Shown: one piece after another, positions 1 through 18,948 of the stretch
Numbering within the stretch: position 1 is the first letter of the stretch
How the letters are laid out: the number at the start of each line of letters is the position of its first letter
DNA from: the human T2T-CHM13v2.0 reference genome, Homo sapiens
Length of the DNA: 64,000 nt
NCBI RefSeq assembly: GCF_009914755.1
Contig: NC_060930.1
Strand: one strand, 5' to 3'
Translations under genes and position numbers: made by a program
Notes under the pieces: generated by a model
Databases searched by the model: none
What the model saw: only the letters and a program-made list of their open reading frames with translations
Told to the model about the DNA's origin: nothing

Positions 1-126
1 TCCCAGGGCTGGTGACATTTAAGCTGGACTTTTACCAAGACAAGCAAAGGAAGGAAGGACATTCTAGGCCGAGTGAACAGAGGACATAGGATACAAGGGA
101 GTGGCAAGGGCTGAGTGTGGCAGTGA

Positions 127-1288
<1,162 letters not shown>

Positions 1289-1647
1289 TGATACCAGTTT
1301 CTGAAGCATCCTCTAGAGGCAGTCTGTGCATATCCAGCAAATACGGACACATTTTTCCCTTTTTTTATACATGAATGGTAGCATACTGCATAAGCTCTTC
1401 TGCACTTGCTTCTTTCCCCACTTACTATCTCTTGGAGGTCACTCCTGATATGTAAAGAACTTCCTCATTTGTTTTGATGGCTGCAGAGTGTTCCATTGTA
1501 TGTCTTATCCTAACTTATGACCGGTTTTCTATTTAGAGAAATTGAGACTATTTCCAGCAAACAATGCTGCGCTGACATGATGCTCGTTCGTTGGGGTATC
1601 TGCAGGCCAACTTCCTAGAAGCAGAATTCCCAGCCTGTGTTGGTAGC

Positions 1648-2423
<776 letters not shown>

Positions 2424-2961
2424 GCAGCTATTGCCAAATGCTCTCCATAGAGGCCATGCCAATGTCACCTTCCTCCGGAAAAACAGCCCATTTCCCTACA
2501 CCCTAGCCAACGCCATGTGTTTTACACTTTTGCCAATCTGATAAGTGAAAAGTGCTTTTTCGGAATAGCCTTCGCTTGAATTTCTGTTATTATGATTGAG
2601 GTGAGCTTTTCCATATTGTGATTTTGAAATACGGTGTCCTCATCGGTAAGTGTGGCTGAGGAGAGAGCCAAGAAGTTCTGAACAGAATGTGGCTTTCTCT
2701 CCTGTGCCGGGAGCACCGTGGCCACCACGTGTTTTCAGTTCAGGGATTGTCCTCCAGGGGTGCACATGTGTGAGGTGAGCAACTCCTTCAGGAACTCTGA
2801 GTTCTCCTGGGGAGAAACAAACCTTTTAAATCATCACAAGCAGCTCCCCTGATCTGCGGCACCCCCTCTCCAATGCCAGAAGCTGCCCCCTCTTCCACCA
2901 CCCTCTCCTGACAATCCAAATAGAATGAGCAAAGCGGTTTTTTTCACCCTACGTTCCTCAG

Positions 2962-2977
2962 GCCAGATACATTCTAG
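2962..2977 (+). CDS. TAF8: Probable alternative terminal coding exon of TAF8 (..K-P-D-T-F-stop)
   Basis: Strong acceptor ttttttcaccctacgttcctcag|G CCA GAT ACA TTC TAG; TAF8 is the recalled convergent neighbour of C6orf132 and I recall an isoform ending KKPDTF; upstream exons lie outside the window. Confidence 0.65.
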
Positions 2978-3647
2978 AGAATTGTGAGACTTTGCCCTAA
3001 GCTGCCAAGTGCTCCCCAAGGAGATCGGTCACCAGGAGAGCAGCCACAAAGGTCAAGAAAGACACACACGGAAGCAAACCCAGGCTCTGTGCTCCTTCCA
3101 GCCCTTGCTGGTGCAGATGCTACCCCACAAGCTTGTCAGATCGCCCAGGTGACGGGCCAGGCGCAGCCATCGGGAAGGTCATTCAGCCAACCCAGAGGAT
3201 GTAGACCCTGTCCTCAAGAAGTGCAGGGCGAGTTCTGCCGTGCCCTCTGAAATACTCTCCCTTCTCTCAGAGCCCTCCCTCGAGAGCCTGAGTGCACCAT
3301 GTCTTGTGGCCTCGCCTGAAGCCTTCCTCTGGCTTCACAGAATGCTCTGGAACTCTGGGGTCTGGTCAGGGAGTGTGTCCTCAGCTTGTCTGGAGGAGGC
3401 CTGCATCCCTCCTGAGCTCTTGGAGGTGCCCAGGAACCCTGCTTCTCCTCACAGGGCCTGGCCATATAGCCAGCTCCAACCCAAAGCCCTGCACAGTGCC
3501 TCACCCACTCCCTTCTCCTGGTCTCTCCTCAAAAGAATTTTACATGATTTTAAAATAATAATAGCTTTCATTTACATAGTGCTTACATTTATATAGCACT
3601 TAACTATGTGCGATGTACTAATTTAAGTACTTTATATTAACTCATAT

Positions 3648-3692
3648 AATAAATGGACACAACACAAAACTCAAAAGGTACAAAAGAATAAA
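3648..3692 (+). terminator. TAF8: Tandem polyadenylation signals closing the putative TAF8 terminal exon
   Basis: AATAAA at 3648-3653 and 3687-3692, upstream TGTA, downstream T/C-rich tract (~3710-3735). Confidence 0.55.
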
Positions 3693-4130
3693 ACAGTTAA
3701 AAACTATGCCTTCTTCCTTCTCATTCCATTTCTTCAGTCACCCCATTCCCCACTCCAGAAACAGCTACTATCACTGGTCTTATGTGCGCCTTCAAAGCCA
3801 TTCTAGGAATATATAAGCACACAGATATCTATTCTTTCGTTATTACACAAGGGGTGGCTTATGAAATGCATGTTCCGTATCCTTGTTTAAGTTTTCCTGG
3901 TTTTCTTTTTCACTCCCCTGAAATTCTTACCCCCTTTCCCACCCCTAAACTCTGAGCACGGTGACAGGGAGGAAAGATGCCTGGCAGGTCTGTGGCCAGT
4001 CCCTACCTGACAGCTCAGTTAGCTGCAAGTGACCAAATTGCTCTGAGTCTCACCTTCCTCATCGATAAAGCAGGCTCGTAATGCCTCAAAGGTGTCATGG
4101 AGAGATGTGGTATTAGAGATGACAAGTGTG

Positions 4131-4466
<336 letters not shown>

Positions 4467-4835
4467 TTAATTGACATTCTTCCCAGGCAAGCTTCCTCCC
4501 TCCCCAGAGATGTCGTCACCTGATGGGTGGGCAGGGGCTGGGCTATGGACCAAGCACACCCTCCTGAGAGTGCAAGTGACATGCAGGAATGGGAAGTGTT
4601 GCACTGTGGTTCATAGGTGCCTCAGCGGGGAGGGAGAGAAGGTGACCTAGGAGGGCTGCATTCTTGGCCTGTGATTCAGATGTTGGCACTGATGAGTTGG
4701 TAGCTCTGCCCTCTTTTGGAAGATTGGATGGGCACCCTCCCCACCTCCAGGAAAGCCCTGCCCCAGAAATAGCCTGGGCCCTCCAGCCCCCTTCACTGCA
4801 GAGCTTTCTACGGCACAGAAGAGATCCAAGCCTGA

Positions 4836-5288
<453 letters not shown>

Positions 5289-5373
5289 ACACCATCTTCT
5301 TTCTTCTTCCATCTGATTGTGTTCAGAAGTGTAAGGCCCATGGTTACATTCAGCCTGGTGGGAACTAAGCTTA

Positions 5374-5742
<369 letters not shown>

Positions 5743-6331
5743 TCACTGAGCTACTGTAATAGGTGCCAGAGCTGGGACTAGAACTCAAGACTCCGGCGAG
5801 GCCCTACCCAGATCCAGCCAATTCACTTGCCCAAAGGAAAGGATGTTTCCAGTCCCTCCTGGCCAACTCCCAACCGTGGGTGAAGGTCCCTGAGGCGTGG
5901 GTGGACAGGGAGCCCTGGGACTCCACATCAGTAGCATTTTACATGGAACACATTATTGGTGGGGTTATTTTTACTGGAAAATTTTGAGGAGAAGTTTTAT
6001 AACTGAATACATGTAAATATATTAGGAAATATAGTGTAGAATGCCCATGAAAAGTAAAGTCTCAAGGACATTTTGCTTTTTTAGTGGCAGCTTCAGGCTT
6101 CTCTCCTAAAGCTCGAGGGGGTGGGAGGGCATGTCTATTTGCTCCTTTTTTTGTTTGTTTTGACAATCTGGGAGGAAAAATATTAGAAGCACTGGTCTAA
6201 TTAATGGTTCTGCCTTAAGCCGGGTGATAATGATCTGGTTCCTTTGTTACATATCTTTTTATTCCATAATGGATTAGAAACAGCTTATAACAAAAACAAT
6301 AAATAACAACAATCTATGAAATTAAAAAGCA

Positions 6332-6757
<426 letters not shown>

Positions 6758-6807
6758 TTAAGCAGGGTAACGAGAATAGAGGGTGTGGAGGAGGAAGGGC
6801 ATTGCCA

Positions 6808-7162
<355 letters not shown>

Positions 7163-7450
7163 TGACATTTGAATTGAGACCAATGGAAAAGAGCATTGGG
7201 TGACACAGGAATAGCCAGTGCAAAGGCCCTGAGGCAAGAGTGGGCTTAGCGTATTTAAGGAGTTCAGTGTGGCCAGCATGGAGTGGTAAGGGGCAGGAGT
7301 AAGAGAGCGTTGGAGCATGTGGGGTCTTGTGGGCATCCTAATGATAACAGTGTTTACCATGAAGGGGTGGGCCAAACAGAGGAGTGAGATCACCTGACTT
7401 AGGTTTAACAAGCTCATCCTGGACGCTGTGTTAAGAATTGACTTCCATCA

Positions 7451-7876
<426 letters not shown>

Positions 7877-8499
7877 GTCAGAAATGGTGGGTGTATCTTA
7901 AAGTTAAACTGACAAGATTTGCCAAGGGATTGGAAGTGGTGTGTGAAGAGTGGTCAGGGAAGAATGCGGCTCTGCGCCCTGAGGTGGAGAAGGCTCTGGG
8001 TGTGGGAGGCCAGGCGGGACTCAGGTGCTCGCTCAGCTGTGCACCTGTTAAGTGCGAGATGCCATTAGGCAGCCAAGTGGAAACACTGAGTTGGTAGCTG
8101 GCTCCATGAGTGGCATTCGGGGGAGGGCTGGAAGTCATCAGGGTGGGTGAGAGTTGAGGACGTCATGTCTGTTATCCCAGGCTTACCTCTCGATAGATCC
8201 AAGGAAAGAACCCATCTAGAATACTTGGAAGGATTGTTGGGCTGCAGTTCCCTGCCTTCCCGAACAGCTTGATCCCATCTGGTGGTTGTGTTCTCTTTGT
8301 TTTTGTCATATTGTTTTATTTTGTTTTGTTCCGCAGTGGGCCACTATTCCCTGCCCCCTCTTAGCTGCCCTAGACAAATGTACCATGTGGTAGGGAAGTA
8401 GTGAACTGACTGTTTAAGGTGGTATTCCTTGGTAAGGCCTGGGCATGCAGGGGCTCAGAACACTCACCTCTAGCCATGCTGTGTAGACATAGAATAAGA

Positions 8500-8505
8500 T
8501 TTATT
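8500..8505 (-). terminator. Candidate distal AATAAA of a long C6orf132 3' UTR
   Basis: AATAAA in non-repetitive sequence on the minus strand, with GT-rich sequence further downstream (gtgagtgttctg); other AATAAA at 9898 and inside Alus. Confidence 0.35.
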
Positions 8506-8660
8506 AGAGAAACTTGTGGGCAGAAAAACAGCAAAGTGACTGGGTTCTCTGAACCCTCCTTATCTCATAGAGGTGGAATTGGCCAGACTGAGCTGGAAGC
8601 ACCAAGATAAGCGCTTAGGGAGGAGGATCCCCCACAACCCCCTGCCCATTCTAGGTTATT

Positions 8661-9046
<386 letters not shown>

Positions 9047-9319
9047 TAGGAGCTTCCTGGTCGAGGAAAAGGGGTGCCTTCAGAGCTCAGCCACTGCTAT
9101 TAACCAGAAGCTCTGTGTGATCTTCCCTTGAACTAACTTGGGATAATATTTGTCCTTCAAGGATCATGAAATCCTTGGAGGTTTGCCCTCCAAACCTTCT
9201 CTCCACTCCCATGCTCAAGTATCTCTCACCACCTTCACCAAAGTCCACTCCCAAGCAGTCATCACACTGGGACTCCTTCAGGGTAAAACCAGCCAGGACA
9301 CCAGGCTTCCAGCTAGAGC

Positions 9320-9534
9320 ACAGGGTTTCTCAACCTCAGTACTACCGACATTTAGCTAGATTTGTTGTGGGAGGCTGCCCTGTACATTGTAGGACATTTA
9401 GTAGCACCCTTGGCCTCTACCTGCTGAATGCCCTTACTATCCCCCTAGGATGTCAATGAAAAAATGTCTCCAGATCTTCCAGATATCACCAAATATCCTC
9501 TGGGAAGCAAAATTGGCCCTGGATAAGAACCATT
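9320..9534. mobile_element. MER20 (hAT-Charlie) DNA transposon
   Basis: cagggtttctcaacctcag...ctgtacattgtaggacatttag...aaaaatgtctccaga...aagaaccat matches recalled MER20. Confidence 0.7.
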
Positions 9535-9610
9535 AAAGTCAACTAAGACACCAGGGGGCTGCATATTCAGAAACTAAAGTGAGACTGGTAGAAAACTGGG
9601 GCAACAGAGA

Positions 9611-9892
<282 letters not shown>

Positions 9893-10174
9893 TGAGATTT
9901 ATTCCCCCCTCAAATCAGAATACATCTTCACTGTTTCTTCTGTCTAATTTCCTCAAGCTAGACTATAGGAATTAAGACAGTGTTGTAACATTTCAGAGCC
10001 CCGGAGCCCAACTCCCTGCATGACAACCCTGGCTCTCTGGCTTGCTAGCTCTGTGACCTTGGACAAGTTACATAGCCTTTGATAATAAAAGTGCCTGCCT
10101 CTTGGGGTTGTTGGGAGGATAGTATGAAATAATATGCGTAAAGTGCCTAGGATCGTGCCTGGTACCTAATAAGC

Positions 10175-10530
10175 TGTTGCAGGACAGGCTCCCCAGGAGA
10201 CTGAGGTTTGTGTGCAGCAAGTTTGCTGGGAGTGCCCTCAAGACGCACACTGGCATGGGAGAGGGAGAAGTGAGCACAGGGAAAAGCTGGGCTGCCTGCA
10301 CTTGCAATGGAGGGGCGCCCTGGTCTGCAAGGACCTTCAGAGTTGTCCCGCATTGAGGGGAGGGACTTAGTGAATGTGAGCTGCCTCTAGGGTGTGGGCG
10401 TGACCTTGGGTGAGGTGGCTCTCCCGGGAAGGACAGTTCCTGGGGAGGGACTGCCAGCTGCTGGCTGGGGGTGTGAAAGCTTCAGTCCTGGAAAGGGAGA
10501 GGGTCAGGGAGACAGTGTAGCACCCATTGT
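10175..10530. mobile_element. ERVL-type LTR fragment (LTR16/LTR33-like)
   Basis: gagactgaggtttgtgtgcagcaagtttgctgggagtgccctc resembles ERVL LTR consensus. Confidence 0.4.
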
Positions 10531-10577
10531 GAGTGCTTGCTGACCAGTATCATGAGGCTTGATTGAAACAGAAGCAA

Positions 10578-11087
10578 GCCTGAGCAACACAGCGACACCC
10601 CATCTTTTTTTTTTTTTTTTTTTTGAGATGGAGTCTCACTCTGTCGCCAGGCTGGAGTGCAGTGGCGCAATCTCGGCTTACTGAAACCTCCGCCTCCTGG
10701 GTTCAAGTGATTCTCCTGCCTCAGCCTCCCGAATAGCTGAGACTACAGGTGCGCGTGACCACGCCCAGCTAATTTTTGTATTTTCAGTAGAGATGGGGTT
10801 TCACCATGTTGGCCAGGCTGGTCTCGATCTTTTGACCTCGTAATCTGCCCACCTCAACCTCTCAAAGTGCTGGGATTACAGGCGTGAGCCACCGTGCCCG
10901 GCCTACACCCCATCTTTAAAAAAAAAAATGTTTTTAATTAGTGAGGCATGGTGGTGTGCACCTGTAGTCCCAGCTACTCAGGAGGCTGAGTGGGAGGATC
11001 ACTTGAGTCCAGGAGTTCAAGGATTCAGTGAGCCATGGTCATGCCACTGCACAGCAGCCTGGGCAACACAGTAAGACCCGGTCTCTA
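10578..11087. mobile_element. Antisense Alu (10605-10903) nested in an older + strand AluJ
   Basis: TSD acaccccatcttt at 10595-10607 and 10905-10917; host Alu sequence resumes after it. Confidence 0.85.
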
Positions 11088-11094
11088 AGATAGG

Positions 11095-11138
<44 letters not shown>
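11088..11138 (+). repeat. (GATA)n tetranucleotide microsatellite
   Basis: About 12 tandem TAGA units at the Alu tail. Confidence 0.95.
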
Positions 11139-11619
11139 AGCAAAAGTATCTTATTTTTATTTTTAAATATTTTTTGAGATGAGGTCTCACTATGTTGCCT
11201 AGGCCAGTCTCAAACTCCTGGGCTCAAGCAAGCCTCTCAAGTAGCTGGGGCTACAGGCATGCACCACTGTGCCTTGCTGAAAGTGTCTTTAAAACATTAT
11301 GGCCACCCAAGGAATGACTGTTAGCCTAACAGTGACTCTATGACCACCTCCCAGTACTGCTTACCCCAAGCCTGCCCTCTCTACTTACTGCCCTCTCTGG
11401 AACAAAAATTTGGAGAGATGCTGTCACACCCACCCCAGCCACATTGCCCTGGGGGCAAAAGGCAGTGCAGCAGGTGCAGTTTGGCTCCCTAGCACCCTCC
11501 AGCTGTGTGGCCTTGGCAAGGTCACTTGGCCTGTGGAGGCTGTAGTTTCTTCTTTGGTAAGCTGGGAGTGGCACTATCTGCCCTAAGGGAGATGAGGTGA
11601 TGACACATGACACTGCACA

Positions 11620-12294
<675 letters not shown>

Positions 12295-13014
12295 CTAAGA
12301 CTGCGGTGCTGGACACCAGGGTAAATTACACAGGTGCCTTCTGGCACTCCCCTCTCCTCTCCCTGGAGAATCCAGTTAAAGTGAATGTCAAGGGCAGCTT
12401 TAAATGGCCAAGAGAGGTCACCGAAAGACCACAACTCACTCTGTAGGAAAAATAAGCACACAAAGGGCATCCCTCATTCCTCTGCCCAGCTCATGCACGT
12501 GCTCCCACAAGGGTCACAGGCCAGCAAGAGAGGACACCCACAAGGACAACCCAACAGTGCCCCATGTGGTCCCGTGCTCTCTTGGGCCACCGGGCTCTCC
12601 TGGGTGGAAGAGCTTTGCATTCTCCTGCTCCATAGTCCAGTTATTTGTGTGTACGTCTGTCTTCCACACTCAACTGTGAGCCTCTTGCGAGGTTCCTTGG
12701 CTTGTACTGAGTGGCGCCCCCTCGCAGTGTTGAATTGCATTGGTGGAATTCTGTGCTGCCCTTAGCTATTAGAACAAATGCTGGAAAGTTGTGAACCAAA
12801 AGGCAGGAAGATGACAGATGGGGTAGCCCAGAGAGAGACAGAGAAAGTAGGAGCCTACCAAACCCTCTTGAATGGCTCAGAAAATAAACTAAGGCAACAA
12901 TGAAAAGCGGCAGGAGATGCTTCTCTGCAGTGAGGAAAGCTGAAAGGAGTCAGAAGGCTCAGTCTGTAGAAGACAAGACTGAAAATATTCCATTTTCAAG
13001 AATGAGAAGGGAGT

Positions 13015-13620
13015 ATAAGTGCGGTGGCTCTTGCCCGTAATCCCAGCACTTTGGGAGGCTGAGGCAGAAGGATTGCTTGAGCCCAAGAGTTCAAGACCAG
13101 CCTGGGCAACCTAACGAGACCGTGTCTCTACAAAAAATAAAGACAAAAATTAGGAAGAGCACGGTGGCTCACGCCTGTAATCCCAGCACTTTGGGAGGCC
13201 GAGGCGGGTGGATCACAAGGTCAGGAGTTCAAGACCAGCCTGGCCAAGATGGTGAAATCCTGTTTCTACTAAAAATACAAAAATTAGCCAGGTGTGGTGG
13301 CGGGCGCCTGTAATCCTAGCTACTCAGGAGGCTGAGGCAGAGAATTGCTTGAACATGGGGGGTGGAGGTTGCAGTGAGCCGATCTCACACCACTGCACTC
13401 CAGCCTGGGTGACAAGGCAAGACTCCATCTCAAAAAAAAAAAAAAAATTAGCCAGGCCTGGTGGTGAATGCCTGTAGTCCCAGCTACCAGGAAGGCTGAG
13501 GTGGATCACTTGAGCTCTGGAGGCTGTGACCTATGATGGCACTATTGCACTCCAGCCTGGGCGACAGAGCAAGACCCTGCCTCAGGAAAAAAAAAAAAAG
13601 AAAGAAAGAAAGAAAAGAAA
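13015..13620 (+). mobile_element. Alu nested in the middle A-tract of an older AluJ
   Basis: AluJ left arm, complete Alu, then AluJ right arm. Confidence 0.8.
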
Positions 13621-14297
13621 ATGAGAAGCCAGTGTCCCACTTCTGAGAGTAGCATTAGGGCTAATGATCCTATGCTGAGATGGAAGAGATTCAAAACAGC
13701 AAGTCTACTGGGTCCCCACTCTGTGCTTAGACCCCTGCTAGGCCCTCAAAACCTTGTGCAGGGAGCTCACTCCTTAATAAAAACCAAACCTAGAACTGTA
13801 AGGCTTTCCTCTTGAAGGTGGGCTCTGCAGGTGGGGAGGGCTGGTGAACAGGTCGGACCTGGCTGGCTTCTGCCACCCTGGCCCCCAGAGGTGCTTTCCT
13901 TCTCAATTCTCCCGCCCACATGTAATGGAAACTTTACCCTTGGTCCACAGCTGAGATAGGCTGTGGCACCAAGTAAGTTTGCTGAAGACCAAAGGAGCTC
14001 AAAAGGGAAAAAGCAACAGAGTGCAAGTCACTTGGATTGTTGGAGCTGGCCGCCCCTGTGGCTGGCTCACTGGTGGGGTGTAGAGGGCTGCCTGAGATCC
14101 TTTGAGGACCAGGACTCCCTCACCTGGTGCCATAACATCCTAGCTCATGTCTCTACTTAGAGGATGCAGTATCTCAGCCCACCAGGCAGGAGCCACTCCA
14201 AGGCATCTGGACACCTTTATGATGAGACCTTAGAGACTCATCCCTAAAACTAAACCTTCCCTCAGCCTGATAACCTCAGCATTAGATTAAGTTCCAC

Positions 14298-14523
14298 ACT
14301 GCAACTTCCACCTCCCAGATTCAAGCAATTCTCCTGCCTCAGCCTCCTGAGTAGCTGGGATTACAGGCGTGTACCACCACGCCTGGCTAATTTTTTTGTA
14401 TTTTTAGTAGAGACAGGGTTTCACCATGTTGGTCAGGCTGGTCTTGAACTCCTGACCTCGTGATCCATCCCTCTCGACCTTCCCAAAGTGCTGGGATTAC
14501 AGGTGTCAGCCACCGCGCCCAGC
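14298..14523 (-). mobile_element. Truncated Alu
   Basis: Antisense Alu lacking its 3' end. Confidence 0.85.
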
Positions 14524-17038
14524 CAAGGAACTTACACAGTGCTTGATGATATTTGATTAAGTACTAACTTGTATTCATCAATAAACTCAATATAGTGAGC
14601 ACCTGCTGGTGCCAGGAGCAGCACCAGATGCTGGGGATACTGTGATGAGTGAGGCGTCCTTACGTTGTGGAGCTTACAAGTTGCTGGGAGAGAGATGTAG
14701 ACCAAGTAACACTAGGTGCGGGGAGGGAGAGCAGCAGGGACTGTGGGAAGCTTTGCAGGAGCTGCTGTGGCCTAGCAGGTGAGGGATGTCTGAGCTGAAG
14801 CCTGAGGATAAAGAAGAGCCTGCCACAGAAGTGGGAGAGGTAGGTATGGAGGAGGAAGAGGTCTCCGAGCAGAGCAGGGCTGGGGAAGGCTTCCTGTAGG
14901 AGCTCCGATCCAAGCTGGGCCTTGAGTGTGAGCTGGCCTAGGGGAAGCCAAGGGGGCCCAAGCAGTGAGGCGGGGATGAGTATTTGGGGGTAGTTTGGAG
15001 CCATTGGTCCGGCTACTCTGGCCACACAATTGTGTGAGAAGGAAGTAGGGGAGAATCATTCCTTTTGGAGAGGCTGGATTTGAGTGGATGGCCAGGCAAC
15101 CACATGGACATGTCCAGGAGGCACTTGCAAAGTTAGAAATATGGACCCCTGGTACAGGTGAGCATGAGGGGCGACACTGTCTTCTGAGGAAGAAACTACA
15201 GAAGGAGGACTGGAGAGCCGACGACAGGGTGGACAGGGAGACAGTTGTGGGGAGGAAAGGAAGCCAGTGTGCAAGATAGAGGATCGGAGCACCTTGTTCT
15301 GCACAGGCTCAGAGAACGATTCTCAAGGGGAAGGAGGGAGGAGTGGCTCATCTGTGCCAAATGTGAATGAAGTTTCCAGAGGTGCGGGAATTGGGCAGAG
15401 GAGCACAGGATTATCCATACAACGGGGAGCATTCATAATAAATTGCCTGGGCTCTTCCTCTCTCCCAGAAGAGCACCTTTTCTCACATTGCTGGCAAAAA
15501 GCATCCCAGAGGCCCCAACAGCAGGGCTCAGACTCTGGCCATCCCTGGGGCTTCGGAGGGAGGGGGCCCAGGCTCTCTGATGGGTGCCAGTGTCCACCCT
15601 TCCCATACAGCTGACTGATGATGGGGCATGAGCATGGCCTTTGAGCTGCTGAAAGGGAAGTGGCCACAGTCTGCCTGGGTAGGCAGGTGGGGGCAGGCCT
15701 GCCTGACAGCTCAGCAGCGAGGTGGCCTCTGCCTCACCCCTCCAGGTTCCGGAGTCACCTCTGTCCTACAGCTTTGCACAGAAGGGCTCACCGGGAGTGA
15801 GGGGAAGCCTCTCTCCTTGAACAAGCCTGGCCGTGACAAAAGCTGAGCTTGACCTTTTTCACGACAGGCCCCTTTATATATTGCTGGCGCCAGGCCCCAG
15901 GCTTCCAGCTCAGCTTTTCCCGGGACCTGTCCTAGCTGTTGCTTTCGGCCAGGCTGGGCTTCACAAGAGAGGTGGGGTGGAGTTCTGGCCCAGGGAACAG
16001 TGAAACGGCTTCAGAAACCAAGGTGTGGCTAATCTGATCCAGGAACATCTGCCCCGCCCATGCCCATTAACCTTTTTTGGCACCAGGGTAGCTTTAGCCT
16101 ACTCAGCCTCTTCTCCACCACTCTAATAGAGGTAAAGTTTGGGGAGTACAACCGGGAGAGGATAAGTGGGTGGGGAGAGTGGTTACAGCTATAAGGGAGG
16201 CAGCTGTGATGATTCACGCAGAAAGAACAGGGTTTCCAGTCAGAGGGGCCATTCTGAGCAACTCACGTCTCTTCCCGGGGCCTTCATTTCCTCAACAACA
16301 AAATGCAATTAGGAGTATTACACGGCTGGCACATTTTAGAGGACTGTCACAGGTAAACGAGAGAGAGAAGGAACTTTGCAAACTGTCAAGGTTAAATAAG
16401 TGTTGGTGGGTACCTTGACCACTGTCACTTAAGGAGTTTTCAACATGAAGCCTGTGGAGCCTGAATCTGGGGGATCTGTGGGGTGCCTGAAATAGTGTGT
16501 AAAATGCACTTGCGGCCTCTTGAGAAGCATGCATCAGTTTCTCAAAGAGGTCAGGGACCCAACAAAGTTTAATATCCAGACACGGCCCAAGTCCGTCCTC
16601 CTCACTTCTCCGATGAGTCAGCTGATACCCAAGGTCACACAGCTTGTCAGAGGCAGAGCCAGGATGTGGGGCCCTTATTCTCTGCCCTCCCTCCTGGGTT
16701 AACCATTGCCCCTTCCATGTCAGATGAGGGAGAAAATGTTAGAAGGGAGCAAGTGTGGGGAGAAAAGCCAGACGAAGGGCCCAAGCCACTATCCCTGCTC
16801 GGGGTTTCCAGAATGAGGACATCATGGTAGAGGTGGGGGGACAGTGAGAGACAGGAGAATGAGGAGGCTCCAAGGATGGGAGAGGCCCTTCCTGGAAGCC
16901 CAGATTTCAGAGTAAGTGAGTCATCCTCCCTTTCCCATAAAGCCCCCACAAAAGACTCAGAGGAGGAAACACAACGCTTTCTCTAACACTGTCTTGAGAT
17001 GACTTTTCTGGTTACTTTTTTGGAAAAAAAAAATTGGG

Positions 17039-17340
<302 letters not shown>

Positions 17341-17926
17341 TTCTAAAAGTATGACGTCAAGATGGCCTTAAAAAAAAAAGCTTTATGGAAAACTGTGACA
17401 GGCCATATACAAATGTGAGGTATTCATCACCCAAAGATGCCATTTGCTGAGCAACTACTAAGCGCTAGGCACGTGCTGGATGCTTTGCCTAAATCAGTAT
17501 GTCACCACCACAAGAGGCCTTCCCTGACTACCCTGTTAAAGTAAATCCACTCCTCTCCCCACTCGCTAGTTATTCTCTCACGTTCCCTGTTTTTTCCTTC
17601 TTACTACTCCTTGTAATTTATGATGTTTTTGTGTGCTTTTTCAATCCTCTTCCACCAGACAGACTATTAGCTTGCCATGAACAGGAGTCATGTGGGTGAG
17701 CTGATGGCAGTCTATCCATACTAAGCACAGTGGCTTGTATCCAGTAGTTACCCAAATCCTTGTTAGACAAACACAGCCACGGAGCTGGAGGCCAGTCCAA
17801 ACTGGCCTGTTTATCTTCCAAGTCAAGTGAGACTCAGCCTTCCCTGCCCACCCCAGAGCAATATACAGCTGAGAGTCTACGCCCCACCCCTCGAGCCTTA
17901 ACATAGCAGATAAATTAATGATCTCT

Positions 17927-17960
17927 TTTATAAAACATTGTACAGGGAAAATACATACAT
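17927..17960 (-). terminator. Candidate proximal non-canonical poly(A) signal of C6orf132 (TATAAA with three upstream TGTA)
   Basis: Minus strand reads tgtatgtattttccctgtacaatgttttataaaag. Confidence 0.3.
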
Positions 17961-18366
17961 AGAGAGCTAGTGCTGGGGCTGGGGTGGGATTTGCTTCTTG
18001 AACACAGATAACCAGACCCTACCCCATCAGGGTGGCTGGCCTTGGTAATCTGGGCATCCACCCACCCCTGCACTTTCTTCCCTAAAGTGGCTCACCTGCT
18101 GTCCTGACAACCAGCCTCGGCTGGTTACCACAAATAATAAAGGTCCAACATCTTCCCCCCAAAGGGAACTACTTTCTGGCTGGCCCCCACCAGCCTGCTC
18201 CTCTGAAATGGGCACTCTCCAGTCCTTCCTTCTTACTGAGGCAGCCCACCTTGACCTGGTCCCAGGAATTTGGCCCACCAGTACCTGAAGATAGGGAAGC
18301 AAGACCAAGGAATATTGTTTCCTGATATGTTTGGTGATCACAGCATCTAAACCAGGACTTTTTTGA

Positions 18367-18768
<402 letters not shown>

Positions 18769-18804
18769 GTCTCCCCTGCTCTTAACTGGCCCAATCCTAG
18801 CACT

Positions 18805-18948
18805 CTTTTTTTTTTTTTTCCGTATTTTTAGTAGAGATGGGGTTTCACCATTTGGGCAGGCTGGTCTCGAACTTCTGACCTCAAGTGATCCACCGGCCTC
18901 GGCCTCCCAAAGTGCTGGGATTACAGGTGTGAGCCACCGCGCCCAGCC
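18805..18948 (-). mobile_element. Alu left-arm monomer with its own TSD
   Basis: Flanked by ccaatcctagcactctt / ccaatcctaccactctt. Confidence 0.8.
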
